64,000 nt of DNA from NCBI GenBank assembly GCA_964639895.1, contig CAZXEJ010000003.1, forward strand, positions 5,361 through 69,360. Direction: 5' to 3'. Under the pieces are notes generated by a model that worked only from the letters and a program-made list of their open reading frames with translations, did not search any database and was not told the DNA's origin. This DNA is from an uncultured Spirochaetia bacterium (GTDB taxonomy: Bacteria > Desulfobacterota_D > UBA1144 > Nemesobacterales > JADFKM01). The position numbers were made by a program, and so were the translations under genes. Positions within the stretch are counted from its first letter, which is position 1. Each line of letters begins with the position of its first letter. Of the stretch, positions 1-10,155 are shown piece by piece.

Positions 1-2
1 GT

Positions 3-569
3 ACCGTGCGAGTCCGCTTCGAGTTTCCCAATCCGGACCTCAAGCTTCTGCAGGGGATGTACGGGGACGTCGTGCTGCGCTCACCCATCGGCGAGCGGCT
101 GGCCGTGCCCGACAGCGCCGTGCTGCGCACGGGCAAGGAGAGTCTCGTGTTCGTCGACAAGGGCGAGGGATACCTGGAGCTGAGGCGCATCGAGACCGGC
201 ACGAAGGTGGGCGACTACTACGTCGTGCTCAAGGGGTTGAAGGCGGGTGAGAGAGTGGTGACCAGTGCCAACTTCCTGATCGATTCCGAGAGCCAGCTCC
301 GCAACGTCATAGCTTCGTGGAACGAGGACGAACCGGCGTCGGCGAGCGAGGATGCCGGGGGGAAAGAAGGGATGGAGCACGGAGCACCTGGAGCCGAGGG
401 CGCACCGGGACACGTGGGGATGGGTAACGGCGGCGGCTCCACCGGCATGCCGACGCAGGGGGCGGAACCGAAGGGCGGCGCTGTGGAGCACGCCCCTATG
501 AAGGAGGGCGCCTCGGGACACGAGGGAATGGAGCCCTCCGGGCGTGGTGACGAGGAGGGAGCCAGATGA
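3..569 (+). CDS. RND efflux membrane fusion (periplasmic adaptor) protein, C-terminal fragment; gene continues upstream of window
   Basis: Open from window edge; translation has beta-barrel/MP-proximal adaptor-like region (..VVLKGLKAGERVVTSANFLIDSESQL..) then Gly/Met/His/Glu-rich tail (GMEHG, GHVGMGNG, GHEGMEPSG); stop overlaps cusA start in ATGA at 566-569. Confidence 0.6.
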   Translation, partial: TVRVRFEFPNPDLKLLQGMYGDVVLRSPIGERLAVPDSAVLRTGKESLVFVDKGEGYLELRRIETGTKVGDYYVVLKGLKAGERVVTSANFLIDSESQLRNVIASWNEDEPASASEDAGGKEGMEHGAPGAEGAPGHVGMGNGGGSTGMPTQGAEPKGGAVEHAPMKEGASGHEGMEPSGRGDEEGAR

Positions 570-3500
570 TAGAGAAGATAATAGAGTACTGCGCGCGTAA
601 CCGGTTCCTTACGCTCACCCTCGTAGGGTTTTTCGCCCTCTGGGGCCTCTGGACGATGAGGGAGACGCCCCTTGACGCCATACCCGATCTCTCGGACGTC
701 CAGGTCATAGTGTTCACCGAGTGGCAGGGCCGCAGCCCCGATCTGGTCGAAGACCAGATAACCTACCCCATAGTCACCACCATGATAGCGGCTCCCAAGG
801 TGAAGTTCGTCCGGGGCCAGTCGTTCTTCGGCCTCTCGTTCGTGTACATCATCTTCGAGGACGGCACCGACATGTACTGGGCCCGTAGCCGTGTCCTCGA
901 GTACCTGAACGAGGTGAGCGGCGACCTTCCCGAGGGGGTGACGCCCACGCTGGGGCCCGACGCCACCGGCGTGGGGTGGGTGTACGAGTACGCCCTCGTC
1001 GACAAGACGGGCAAGCACGACCTCTCCGAGCTGCGCTCCTTCCAGGACTGGTACCTGCGCTACTGGCTCGAATCGGTACCGGGAGTGGCCGAGGTGGCAA
1101 GCGTGGGGGGGTTCGTCAAGCAGTATCAGATACGGCTCGACCCCAACAAGCTGCTCGCCTATGGAATACCCATCAACAAGATTGTGGATGCCGTGCGCAG
1201 GAGCAACAACGACGTAGGGGGTAGGGTGATAGAGTTCGCCCAGACGGAGTACGTCGTAAGGGGGCGCGGCTACGTGAAGAATGTCGAAGACCTCGAGAAT
1301 GTGGTCGTGGGGGTCAACGACAAGGGTACGCCCGTCTACGTCAAAGACATCGGTTCCGTGGTGCTGGGCCCAGACATAAGGCGGGGGGCGGCGGATCTGA
1401 ACGGCGAAGGGGAGGTAGTGGGCGGGGTGGTGGTGATGCGCTACGGCGAGAACGCCCTCAAGGTGATAGAGAGGGTGAAGCAGCGGCTCGAGGAGGTGGA
1501 GCCCTCGCTGCCCGAAGGAGTAAAGGTCGTTACCACCTACGACCGCTCCGATCTCATAGAGCGTGCCATCGAGACGCTCAAGGGCAAGCTGCTCGAGGAG
1601 GGCATCGTGGTCAGCATAGTGATAGTGCTCTTTCTCCTCCACATACGAAGCGCCCTGGTTCCCATATTGACACTGCCGTTCGCCGTCATCCTCGCCTTCA
1701 TCCCGATGTACTATCTCAGGCTCACGGCCAACATAATGAGTCTCGGCGGCATAGCCGTTGCGATCGGTGCCATGGTGGACGCCTCGATCGTGCTGGTCGA
1801 GAACGTCCACGCCAAGCTCGAGGCCTGGGGCGTCGAGGAGGGCCAGGAGGAGCGAAGGAGCGAGGTAATCATCGGCGCCATGAAGGGGGTGGGAAAACCC
1901 ATCTTCTTCGCGCTCCTCGTCATAGTTGTGTCGTTCCTTCCCGTGTTCGCCCTCGAGGCCCAGGAGGGGAGGCTGTTCAAGCCGCTCGCCTACACGAAGA
2001 CCTTTTCCATGATGTTCGCCGCGCTACTGGCCATCACGCTCACGCCCGCGCTCATCATGTTTTTCGTCAAGGGCAGGATACGGTCCGAGAAGGATAACCC
2101 CGTCTCGAAGACCATCGTCAGGGCCTACACGCCGGTGGTCAAGTTCGTGCTTGAGCACCGACGTTCTGTGTTGCTAGGAGCCGTCGTCCTGTTCGTGGCG
2201 ACGCTCTATCCCTTCTCAAGGCTCGGCTCCGAGTTCATGCCTCCACTCAACGAGGGCACAATCCTCTACATGCCGTCCACCGTCCCCGGCATCACGATCA
2301 CCCAGGCTGTCAGGGCCTTGCAGATGCAGGACAAGATGCTCAAGAGCTTCCCCGAGGTGGACACCGTCTTCGGCAAGGTCGGACGCGCCAGGACCGCCAC
2401 CGATCCGGCGCCGCTCAGCATGACGGAGACCATCGTGACGCTCAAGCCGAAGGACCAGTGGCGAAAGGGGATGACGTGGGACAAGCTCATAGACGAGATG
2501 AACGAAAGGATGCAGGTGGTAGGATACTCGAACATCTTCTGGATGCCCATCCAGACCAGGACCGAGATGCTTGCCACCGGCTTCAGGAGCAACCTGGGTA
2601 TCAAGGTGTTCGGTCCCGATCTGGGCAAGATAGAGGAGATAGCACTCCAGATCGAGCGCCTTCTCTCGACCATCCCCGGTACACGAAGCGCTTACGCCGA
2701 GCGCATCACGGGGGGCTACTTCCTCGATTTCAACATCGACCGCAAGAAGGTGGCCCGCTACGGGCTCACCGTAGGCGACGTCGAAGACGTCATCGAGACC
2801 GCCATCGGAGGTAAGAACATATCGCGCACCATCGAGGGCCAGGAGCGCTACCCGATAAACGTCCGCTACGAGCCCGAACTGAGGATGGACATCGAGAACC
2901 TGCGCCGCGTGCTGGTGGCCACTCCCACCGGTGCCCAGGTGCCGCTGGGGCTGCTGGCCGACATACACTTCACCACCGGGCCGCCTCAGATAAGGAACGA
3001 GAACGGACAGAAGGTGGGCTACGTGTTCGTCGACGTGATGGGCAAGGACTACGAGGGGTACGTGAAGATGGCGAAGAAGATGGTGCGGGAGAAGATAGAC
3101 CTTCCGCCGGGCTATTTCGTCACGTGGGCTGGTCAGTACGAGTACCTGTTGAGGGTCAAGGAGAAGCTCAAGATGGTCGTTCCAGTCGCCTTGTTTCTCA
3201 TCTTCCTCCTCCTGTATCTCAATTCGGGTTCGTTCGTGGAGACGATGATAGTGTTGCTGACGGTACCCTTCTCGCTGGTGGGTGGTATATGGCTTCTCTA
3301 TCTGCTCGACTACAACACGAGCGTCGCCGTGTGGGTGGGGGTGATAGCTCTGGTGGGTGTGGCGGTGAGTACAACCGTCGTCATGCTCGTCTATTTGAGG
3401 GAGGCCTACGAGAAACGAGTGAGCGAGGGCAAGATGAGGAGTTGGCAGGACCTCGAAGACGCCATCATGGAGGGGGCCGTAAAGAGGGTGCGTCCCGTCA

Positions 3501-3706
3501 TTATGACGGTTACGACTGCCACCATCGGATTGTTGCCCCTCCTGTGGAGCCGCGGCACCGGGGCCGACATGATGAAGAGGATAGCAGCCCCCATGGTGGG
3601 CGGACTCGTTACGGCGGCCGTGCTCACACTGGTACTGGTCCCGGTGGTCTACGCCTACTGGAAGGAGTGGGCCCTCAGGAAGTCGGCCGCCTCGGAGCGG
3701 CGGTGA
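566..3706 (+). CDS. cusA: CusA/CzcA-family heavy-metal RND efflux permease (HME-RND), 1046 aa
   Basis: Full-length 12-TM RND pump: N-terminus MIEKIIEYCARNRFLTLTLVGF..., typical AcrB/CusA domain order, Met-rich periplasmic cleft region; 4-nt overlap with upstream adaptor. Confidence 0.9.
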   Translation: MIEKIIEYCARNRFLTLTLVGFFALWGLWTMRETPLDAIPDLSDVQVIVFTEWQGRSPDLVEDQITYPIVTTMIAAPKVKFVRGQSFFGLSFVYIIFEDGTDMYWARSRVLEYLNEVSGDLPEGVTPTLGPDATGVGWVYEYALVDKTGKHDLSELRSFQDWYLRYWLESVPGVAEVASVGGFVKQYQIRLDPNKLLAYGIPINKIVDAVRRSNNDVGGRVIEFAQTEYVVRGRGYVKNVEDLENVVVGVNDKGTPVYVKDIGSVVLGPDIRRGAADLNGEGEVVGGVVVMRYGENALKVIERVKQRLEEVEPSLPEGVKVVTTYDRSDLIERAIETLKGKLLEEGIVVSIVIVLFLLHIRSALVPILTLPFAVILAFIPMYYLRLTANIMSLGGIAVAIGAMVDASIVLVENVHAKLEAWGVEEGQEERRSEVIIGAMKGVGKPIFFALLVIVVSFLPVFALEAQEGRLFKPLAYTKTFSMMFAALLAITLTPALIMFFVKGRIRSEKDNPVSKTIVRAYTPVVKFVLEHRRSVLLGAVVLFVATLYPFSRLGSEFMPPLNEGTILYMPSTVPGITITQAVRALQMQDKMLKSFPEVDTVFGKVGRARTATDPAPLSMTETIVTLKPKDQWRKGMTWDKLIDEMNERMQVVGYSNIFWMPIQTRTEMLATGFRSNLGIKVFGPDLGKIEEIALQIERLLSTIPGTRSAYAERITGGYFLDFNIDRKKVARYGLTVGDVEDVIETAIGGKNISRTIEGQERYPINVRYEPELRMDIENLRRVLVATPTGAQVPLGLLADIHFTTGPPQIRNENGQKVGYVFVDVMGKDYEGYVKMAKKMVREKIDLPPGYFVTWAGQYEYLLRVKEKLKMVVPVALFLIFLLLYLNSGSFVETMIVLLTVPFSLVGGIWLLYLLDYNTSVAVWVGVIALVGVAVSTTVVMLVYLREAYEKRVSEGKMRSWQDLEDAIMEGAVKRVRPVIMTVTTATIGLLPLLWSRGTGADMMKRIAAPMVGGLVTAAVLTLVLVPVVYAYWKEWALRKSAASERR

Positions 3707-3747
3707 GGAGCGGGACGTCGACTGATCTCGTAATGGAGGTGTATCTT

Positions 3748-4434
3748 ATGCGTACGAGTACCGTTATCGCAGCAATCGCCGTTGCGGTGTTGTGGGCCGC
3801 GGCGGTGTCTTCCGCCGCCGGAATGGAGGGCGGGAAGCGGCGGGTGATCGAGATCGATCTCAAGGAGTTCGCGTTCGTCCCCGCCAAGGTGGTGCTGCCT
3901 GCGGGCACCGAGGTTGTGCTCGAGCTTCGCAACACGGGGAAGCTCAAGCACGAGTTCATGGTTGGACGCGGGCTAACCGAGGCTGGGACCGCACACGGCT
4001 CGAGCGGCGAAGGCCACCGGGCCGAGGGCGATGGACACGGAGGAGACGGCCACAAGCACGGCTCCGCCACTGAAGGCGGGATGGAGGGCCGCGGCCGCAC
4101 GCCCGAGGGGATGGGGGAGCACATGGGGAGTGGGATGCATCACGGTATGGGGAAAGGCATGATGGGCGGTGAGGGCGCCATGATGGGCGGACACGGCGCC
4201 TCGGGCAAGGGGTTCCGTGAGGACTTCTTCGAGGGGCTGCACCTCGACCGCACCCTCCGTGGAGCCACGTTCGCCGTCGTCCCCGGGCACGGCACCATGT
4301 TCACCCTGGAGCCCGGCGGCTTGGCCACGCTCAGGTTCCGGGTGCCCGAGGAGAGGCGTGGTGAGTGGATGGTGGGCTGCTTCGTGCCCGGCCACTTCGA
4401 GGCCGGCATGAAGGGTGTACTCCGTGTCGAGTAA
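3748..4434 (+). CDS. Secreted cupredoxin-like copper-binding protein with Met/His/Gly-rich insertion
   Basis: GGAGG 8 nt upstream of ATG 3748; signal peptide MRTSTVIAAIAVAVLWAAAVSSAAG; type-1 Cu ligand pattern (KHEFMV ... GCFVPGHFEAGMKG = H, C-x4-H-x4-M); central low-complexity segment GHRAEGDGHGGDGHKHG...GMGEHMGSGMHHGMGKGMMGGEGAMMGGHG. Confidence 0.7.
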   Translation: MRTSTVIAAIAVAVLWAAAVSSAAGMEGGKRRVIEIDLKEFAFVPAKVVLPAGTEVVLELRNTGKLKHEFMVGRGLTEAGTAHGSSGEGHRAEGDGHGGDGHKHGSATEGGMEGRGRTPEGMGEHMGSGMHHGMGKGMMGGEGAMMGGHGASGKGFREDFFEGLHLDRTLRGATFAVVPGHGTMFTLEPGGLATLRFRVPEERRGEWMVGCFVPGHFEAGMKGVLRVE

Positions 4435-4470
4435 GGTACCGTCGCCTGCGGCGGCGGTGGCGGTGTAGAT

Positions 4471-5160
4471 GTGAAGCACGACGACGAAAGGCGTAAGGCT
4501 GAGCTGCTGAGCCGCTACGGCCGTCTGGCCCCGCGCTACGACAGCCTGCTGGGCAGGTGGCGTGTGTTGGGCTACAACGAGTGGGCCTACAGGCGGAGGG
4601 CCGTCGAGAGGCTGGGGCTGCGCCCCGGAGATACGGTGGTGGAGCTGGGTTGCGGTACGGGCGTCAACTTCCCGCTGCTGCTCGAGAAGGTTGGGCCGAG
4701 GGGAAGGGTCATAGGGGTGGATATGAGCGGTGAGATGCTTCGAGTGGCCGCCCGTCGCGCGCGCAACCAGGGGTGGGGCAACGTAGAGCTCATAGAGAGC
4801 GATATCGCCGAGCTCGTCCCCTACCCGAGGGCGCGCGCCTATCTCTCGACCTTCGCCCTCGCGCTCGTGCCCCGTTACGAGAAGGTCGTCGCTGAGGCCG
4901 CGCGCGCATTGAGCGAGGACGGTGCTATGGTGGTGCTCGATTACAAGGTGCCCTCCGGGCCACTCTCCCTGCTCAGGCCGCTACTTGTGCTGCTGCTCAG
5001 CCCCTACGGCTGGACGGCCGAGGCGGCCGGGCGCCGGCCGTGGCTCGCCATGGAGAGGTGGTTCGGCGAGGTCGGCGTCGAAGAGATGTTCGGGGGATTC
5101 GTATACCTGGCCCGCGCCGCCCGCCCGCGGCGGGACGCCGCCGAGGAGGTGAAACCATGA
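4471..5160 (+). CDS. Class I SAM-dependent methyltransferase
   Basis: GTG start; motif I VVELGCGTGVN, motif post-I VIGVDMSGEM; stop TGA overlaps ATG of downstream ATPase (ATGA at 5157-5160). Confidence 0.7.
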   Translation: MKHDDERRKAELLSRYGRLAPRYDSLLGRWRVLGYNEWAYRRRAVERLGLRPGDTVVELGCGTGVNFPLLLEKVGPRGRVIGVDMSGEMLRVAARRARNQGWGNVELIESDIAELVPYPRARAYLSTFALALVPRYEKVVAEAARALSEDGAMVVLDYKVPSGPLSLLRPLLVLLLSPYGWTAEAAGRRPWLAMERWFGEVGVEEMFGGFVYLARAARPRRDAAEEVKP

Positions 5161-7187
5161 CGCATCACGACCACACCCACCACGCGGGGCATCACCCGCA
5201 CGAGGGCCACCCGCCCGGTAAGGAAGCTCCCCACCACGACCACCACGCCCACATGATAGCCGACTTCAAGCGCCGTTTCTTGGTATCGCTCCTGGTCACC
5301 ATCCCCATACTCCTGCTCTCGCCCATGCTGCAGACGCTCGTGGGACTGCGCGAGAGGCTGCGTTTCGCCGGAGACGAATACGTGCTTCTGGCACTCTCGT
5401 CGTTCGTATTCTTCTACGGCGGCTGGCCGTTCCTGGCCGGGTTCGTGCGCGAGATGAGGAGCCGAAGGCCGGGCATGATGACCCTCATAGCACTGGCCGT
5501 CTCGGTGGCCTACTTCTACTCGGCGGCCGTCGTCCTCGGCCTCGAGGGGAAGGTGTTCTTCTGGGAGCTCGCGACCCTTATAGACATCATGCTGCTTGGC
5601 CACTGGGTGGAGATGAAGTCGGTGCTCGGCGCCTCGCGCGCCCTGGACGAGATAGCCAAGCTCATGCCCTCGGATGCGCACAAGGTGCTCGACGACGGCT
5701 CGGTGGTGGACGTACCGATCGCCGAGCTCCGGATAGGGGACCGAGTGCTCGTGAGGCCGGGCGAGAAGGTACCAGCCGACGGCGTTGTGATCGAGGGCGA
5801 GAGCTCCGTGGACGAGGCGCTTCTTACGGGAGAATCGGTCCCGGTGTCGAAGTCGGCGGGCGACGAGGTGATAGGCGGTGCCATAAACGGCGAAGGGTCG
5901 CTGGTGGTAGAGGTGCAGAAGACCGGCGAGAGCTCGTTCCTTGCCCAGATACGCGACCTCGTCAGGACAGCCCAGGAGAGCAAATCCAGGACGCAGCTCC
6001 TTGCCGACCGGGCGGCGCTGTGGCTTACCATAGTAGCCATCGGCGCAGGAGGGGCGACGCTCCTGTGGTGGCTGGAGTTTGCGCACAAGGATCTGGCCTT
6101 CGCCCTCGAGCGGACGGTCACGGTGATGGTCATAACCTGCCCGCACGCGCTCGGCCTCGCCATCCCCCTGGTGGTGGCCGTCTCCACGGCGCTTGCGGCG
6201 CGTCACGGCTTGCTCATACGCAACCGCACGGCGTTCGAGGCCGCCCGCGACGTAGACGCCGTCATCTTCGACAAGACCGGCACCCTGACGCGCGGCGAGT
6301 TTGGCGTCACGGACACGGTTGTAGCGGGCAATGCGGTGGGAAGGGACGAGATGTTGCGGCTTGCTGCGGCCCTGGAGAGGAACTCCGAGCACCCCATCGC
6401 GCGCGCCATAGCCTCGGTCGTCGAGACCGACTACAGGGTCGAGGATTTCAAGGCCATCCCCGGCAAGGGGGCGCGCGGCACCGTCGAGGGCAGGGAGGTG
6501 GAGGTCGTAAGCCCGGGCTATCTCAAGGAGAGGAATATCGAGGTTGGAAGCGCCGCGGCCGAGGTGGAGAGGTTGAGCGAACAGGGCAAGACCGTGGTCT
6601 TCGTCATAGTGGACGGCGTGCTCGCAGGAGCGATAGCGTTGGCCGACCAGGTGCGGCCAGAGTCCCGCGAGGCGGTGCGCAGGCTCAAGGAACGGGGTAT
6701 CAAGTGCATGATGCTCACGGGCGACAACAGGCGCGTGGCCGCTTGGGTGGCCGAGGAGATAGGTCTGGACGAGTACTTCGCCGAGGTGTTGCCCGGCGAG
6801 AAGGCGGCCAAGGTGAAGGAGGTCAAGAGCCGCGGCCTGGTGGTGGCCATGGTGGGCGACGGGGTGAACGACGCCCCGGCTCTGGCCGAGGCCGACGTAG
6901 GGATAGCGATCGGTGCCGGTACCGTCGTAGCAATGGAGACGGCCGACGTGGTGCTGGTGCGCTCGAACCCCTTGGACGTGGTATCGATCGTTGAGCTTGC
7001 GCGCAGGACGTATGCGAAGATGGTGCAGAACCTGGCCTGGGCTACCGGCTACAACGTGGTGGCCATACCGCTTGCGGCGGGCGCCCTCTATGGGGCGGGG
7101 GTGTTGCTGAGCCCCGCGGCCGGAGCGGTGCTTATGTCGCTGAGCACCGTGATCGTGGCCGTCAATGCAAAGCGTCTTACTTTCTGA
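5157..7187 (+). CDS. copB: P1B-type heavy-metal translocating ATPase, CPH-motif (CopB-like, P1B-3) with His-rich N-terminus
   Basis: MTHHDHTHHAGHHPHEGH..HHDHHAH N-terminal extension; TM6 motif ITCPHALGLAIP; DKTGTLT phosphorylation motif; GDGVNDAP hinge; ORF track start at 5040 is an upstream in-frame extension, chosen start ATG 5157 overlaps methyltransferase stop. Confidence 0.9.
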   Translation: MTHHDHTHHAGHHPHEGHPPGKEAPHHDHHAHMIADFKRRFLVSLLVTIPILLLSPMLQTLVGLRERLRFAGDEYVLLALSSFVFFYGGWPFLAGFVREMRSRRPGMMTLIALAVSVAYFYSAAVVLGLEGKVFFWELATLIDIMLLGHWVEMKSVLGASRALDEIAKLMPSDAHKVLDDGSVVDVPIAELRIGDRVLVRPGEKVPADGVVIEGESSVDEALLTGESVPVSKSAGDEVIGGAINGEGSLVVEVQKTGESSFLAQIRDLVRTAQESKSRTQLLADRAALWLTIVAIGAGGATLLWWLEFAHKDLAFALERTVTVMVITCPHALGLAIPLVVAVSTALAARHGLLIRNRTAFEAARDVDAVIFDKTGTLTRGEFGVTDTVVAGNAVGRDEMLRLAAALERNSEHPIARAIASVVETDYRVEDFKAIPGKGARGTVEGREVEVVSPGYLKERNIEVGSAAAEVERLSEQGKTVVFVIVDGVLAGAIALADQVRPESREAVRRLKERGIKCMMLTGDNRRVAAWVAEEIGLDEYFAEVLPGEKAAKVKEVKSRGLVVAMVGDGVNDAPALAEADVGIAIGAGTVVAMETADVVLVRSNPLDVVSIVELARRTYAKMVQNLAWATGYNVVAIPLAAGALYGAGVLLSPAAGAVLMSLSTVIVAVNAKRLTF

Positions 7188-7773
7188 GACCCTGAGACCG
7201 CGCCGCCCCCCCGCACGTGGCCATGCGGTGAGTGCGGGATCCATGGCCGACCCGTGCCGCTTGGTTGCGGCCGTCGAGCCGGCGGGAGGAGTGATGGACC
7301 CTGTGCGAGCCGGGCGGGGATACACCGTCCACCCTCAGGCTCGGCTACAGGAACGCAGGGGGTGGTGGGGGACACACCCTTTAGTAGGGCGCACGGCGCT
7401 TGGACTTGCGCTCTCTGGCCGGCGGGAGCCGTGAGGGCGGAGCAATGGTTGCTTTCCACGGGCGGCATATAGGGCTTCTCATACCTAACTCGATACGGAG
7501 CAAACTTGCCCTTTCACCGCGCGGTGAAGTCCTCCACCGTCCGGCCACGTGTGCGCCGTACTGCACGCCTAGGGTGGAGTACCTTACACCCCTGCGGCCG
7601 TTGCCCCGCATGCTTCGGATCCCTCATGTGCCTGGAGTGTTGGGGCGGGGTCGGCGTTGCGGGTTGCATCCCTCCCGGGACCGGTGTCCTGCGGGCCGGA
7701 GGGGTTGTAATGTGCGCCCCTCTGCGGTTATCCTAATTGGCCGGACCATACGGAGAAGAACGGTGCAGAGGAC

Positions 7774-8040
7774 ATGAGCAAGGAGAAGATAAAGAGCCAT
7801 CTCACGTTGCGCTACGGCAGCTATCCCGGCCGTCCCCTTCCGGAGGATCTCATTGAAGAGGCGCTCGCCTTCGTGCCCGACCGGCTGGCCGACAGGTTCA
7901 GCGTCCTCTACATCCAGAGCCCGAGCGACTGGCAACGGGTCGCGGCCGAGGTGGGCGAAGCCGTAGAGCTCTGGAACGAAGGCCTGAAATGTGAGGGCAC
8001 TCTACGCCTCCTCAGGGTGATCGTCGAGGCGTGCTCCTAG
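7774..8040 (+). CDS. Hypothetical small protein (88 aa)
   Basis: Isolated ORF with balanced, protein-like composition (MSKEKIKSHLTLRYGSYPGRPLPEDLIEEALAF...) in otherwise non-coding 1.1 kb gap; weak RBS (gcagagga). Confidence 0.35.
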   Translation: MSKEKIKSHLTLRYGSYPGRPLPEDLIEEALAFVPDRLADRFSVLYIQSPSDWQRVAAEVGEAVELWNEGLKCEGTLRLLRVIVEACS

Positions 8041-8343
8041 CCTGGGCCGCGGGACCGGCGGCTTGACACCGTCTTGCCCCCGCGTCTTGGGCTGTGGCGT
8101 ACCCCTGGCTTCGCCGTACCGCCGGCCGCAGGCGGGCATCGGCCGCACCGCTTCTTGGGGGGGCCCTCGTGACGTGCCCCGTGCTCAAGAGGCGGCCGAA
8201 GCCCATTCGTCCCCTGCTCCCCCCTTGGTCCTCGGCTCCCCCGGTTTCCGCACACCTCGAGCGTTCGTTATTATTTAATGGTGCGCTCCGCAGCACGGCC
8301 TGCGGAAGGGCGGCCCCGCCGCCCCGCGCCGGGATCCTTTGCC

Positions 8344-9666
8344 ATGGTCTTCAAACGCGGCGTCACAGGGGCCCTATTCAGGAACGCCGGCTGGTTGTTC
8401 GGCGGCAAGACCGTAGCCGGCCTGTTCACGGCCCTCCTCACCGTGGCGCTCGCCCGCTTCCTGGGTGCCACCGACTACGGCTTGCTCGTCCTCGCCGTAG
8501 CCTACGTCGATATCCTCAACGCCGTTCTCGACTGGCGCATGTGGGAGACGGCCACCAAGTACGTGGGAATGTACTGGAGCCGCGGCGAGAAGGACAAAGC
8601 GCGGGCGATGGTCAAATTCTCTTACGTGGTCGACGTGTCCACCGGGGTTGTGGCTTTCGCCGTCGCCGTGGCGACGGCGCCTTTGGCCGTGCACTACTTT
8701 CTCAAGACGTCGGGCTCGGAACAGTTCATCTATATTTATTCGGCAAGCCTCCTCATTGCCACTTCCAACCGCACCTCGGACGCTATCCTCCGCGTGTTCG
8801 ATTCCTACCGCGCCATCGCCGTGGCCGGCTCCGTCACTCACTTCGTGCGGCTGGCCCTGGTCTCAGGCGTGCTGGTGGCCGGCGGCGGTATAAAGGGGGT
8901 GTTGCTCTGCTACGTGGCCGCCGCATTCGCGGGGTTTGCCCTGCGTATCGTCTTCGTCTGGGGTGCCCTACGGCGGCACGGGCTCACCGGCTGGTGGAAG
9001 GCGCCGATGGGCCTCATCGGCGGCGAGTGGAAGGAGATCGTGTGGTTCATGGGCAACACTGGCCTTACGGGTACGCTCAAGATGCTGGACGACACCTACT
9101 TCGCCCCGCTCGTCCTGGGTTTGTTTGCCGGTAAGGAGGCGGCGGCCTACTACAAGGTGGCCCGAAGCGTGACCAAGGTGGCCGGCCGCATAATCGATTC
9201 CGTCTACGAGGCCATCTACCCCGAGCTCGTGCGCATGGCGGCCCGCGGCGCTGCGGACGAACTCCGTACGCTGGTGGTCGAATCGGTGAAGAGGCTGAGC
9301 CTGCTGCTGGTGCCGATGGCCGTCTTGGTGGTCGTCTTCGCCCGCCCCATTACGACCGGGGTGTTCGGCGCACAGTACGCTCCGGCGGCCGAGGTGCTGA
9401 GGGTTATAACGGTGGGGCTGTTGATCTACCAGCTCACCTACTGGATAGGGCCCTCGTTTCTCGCCATGGGGAGGGCGGGGCTGAGAACCTATGTGTCGGC
9501 TGTCTCGACGGCGGCGTACCTGTTGCTGTTGGTTTCGCTCGTGCCGGCGATGTCCTACGTGGGAGCGGCATGGGCCTACGTTGGCTACGCGGTCGTAAGG
9601 GTGGCAGTCGCGGCCGGAGGGTTGGCGGCCTCCTACCGGGAGCTGGAGGCCCGCGGGCGCCGCTAG
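8344..9666 (+). CDS. Polysaccharide biosynthesis protein / MOP-superfamily flippase (Wzx-like)
   Basis: ATG 8344 (MVFKRGVTGALFRNAGWLFGGKTVAGLFTAL...), approximately 12-14 predicted TM helices, typical oligosaccharide flippase N-terminus; ORF-track start 8278 is an extension. Confidence 0.7.
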   Translation: MVFKRGVTGALFRNAGWLFGGKTVAGLFTALLTVALARFLGATDYGLLVLAVAYVDILNAVLDWRMWETATKYVGMYWSRGEKDKARAMVKFSYVVDVSTGVVAFAVAVATAPLAVHYFLKTSGSEQFIYIYSASLLIATSNRTSDAILRVFDSYRAIAVAGSVTHFVRLALVSGVLVAGGGIKGVLLCYVAAAFAGFALRIVFVWGALRRHGLTGWWKAPMGLIGGEWKEIVWFMGNTGLTGTLKMLDDTYFAPLVLGLFAGKEAAAYYKVARSVTKVAGRIIDSVYEAIYPELVRMAARGAADELRTLVVESVKRLSLLLVPMAVLVVVFARPITTGVFGAQYAPAAEVLRVITVGLLIYQLTYWIGPSFLAMGRAGLRTYVSAVSTAAYLLLLVSLVPAMSYVGAAWAYVGYAVVRVAVAAGGLAASYRELEARGRR

Positions 9667-10155
9667 CCGCACGAAGGGGATGTGGGGTCGGGGTGGCGGT
9701 GTAGGCAAGGTAAAGACGGCTATGAGCGTGGGATCTGCGGATGGAGCCCATGCATGAGGCGGCGCGGACGGGAGGGTTCGGCGGGAGGTGTCATTCCGTT
9801 GACCCGGTGCCGTGTGGGCCTTACGGAGAGGGGCTGTCTCTGACTTGTATCGGCGTCCTCGTCACACGCCGTCGTGCTTGACCCGCCGGTTGGGTCGAAA
9901 GGAGAGGCGCCGGCGGGGAGGTCACGGCGTTGGGGCTGCACTTGGGGGGAGCCACCCGCACTGCGTCACCTTGGGAAGCTGGTTCCTCCCTCGGCTGGCT
10001 ACGGGGGAGAATGGCCCCGGCCGGCGGCGAAGGGACGGCGTTCCCTCCCGCGGCGACGGGAGCCCGCCCATGGGATGCACGGCCTGGGAGAGATGGGGTG
10101 CATATATGTGTGTGGCACGAGGGTGCCGCATGCTGGGTAGAATTATCTCTTTGCC

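Noticed and set aside
8094-9134. 346-aa ORF overlapping the flippase gene in another frame; 3124-3747 extension of cupredoxin ORF; 5040-5156 extension of copB
   Set aside because: All have low-complexity Arg/Pro composition. Better-supported starts with RBS or overlap logic exist downstream.
10113-10129. Sigma-54-like TGGCACG-N4-TGCC upstream of the lhgO-like gene
   Set aside because: The -12 GC is displaced by 1 nt relative to the strict GG-N10-GC spacing. No other matches were confirmed by eye. It is left as unverified.
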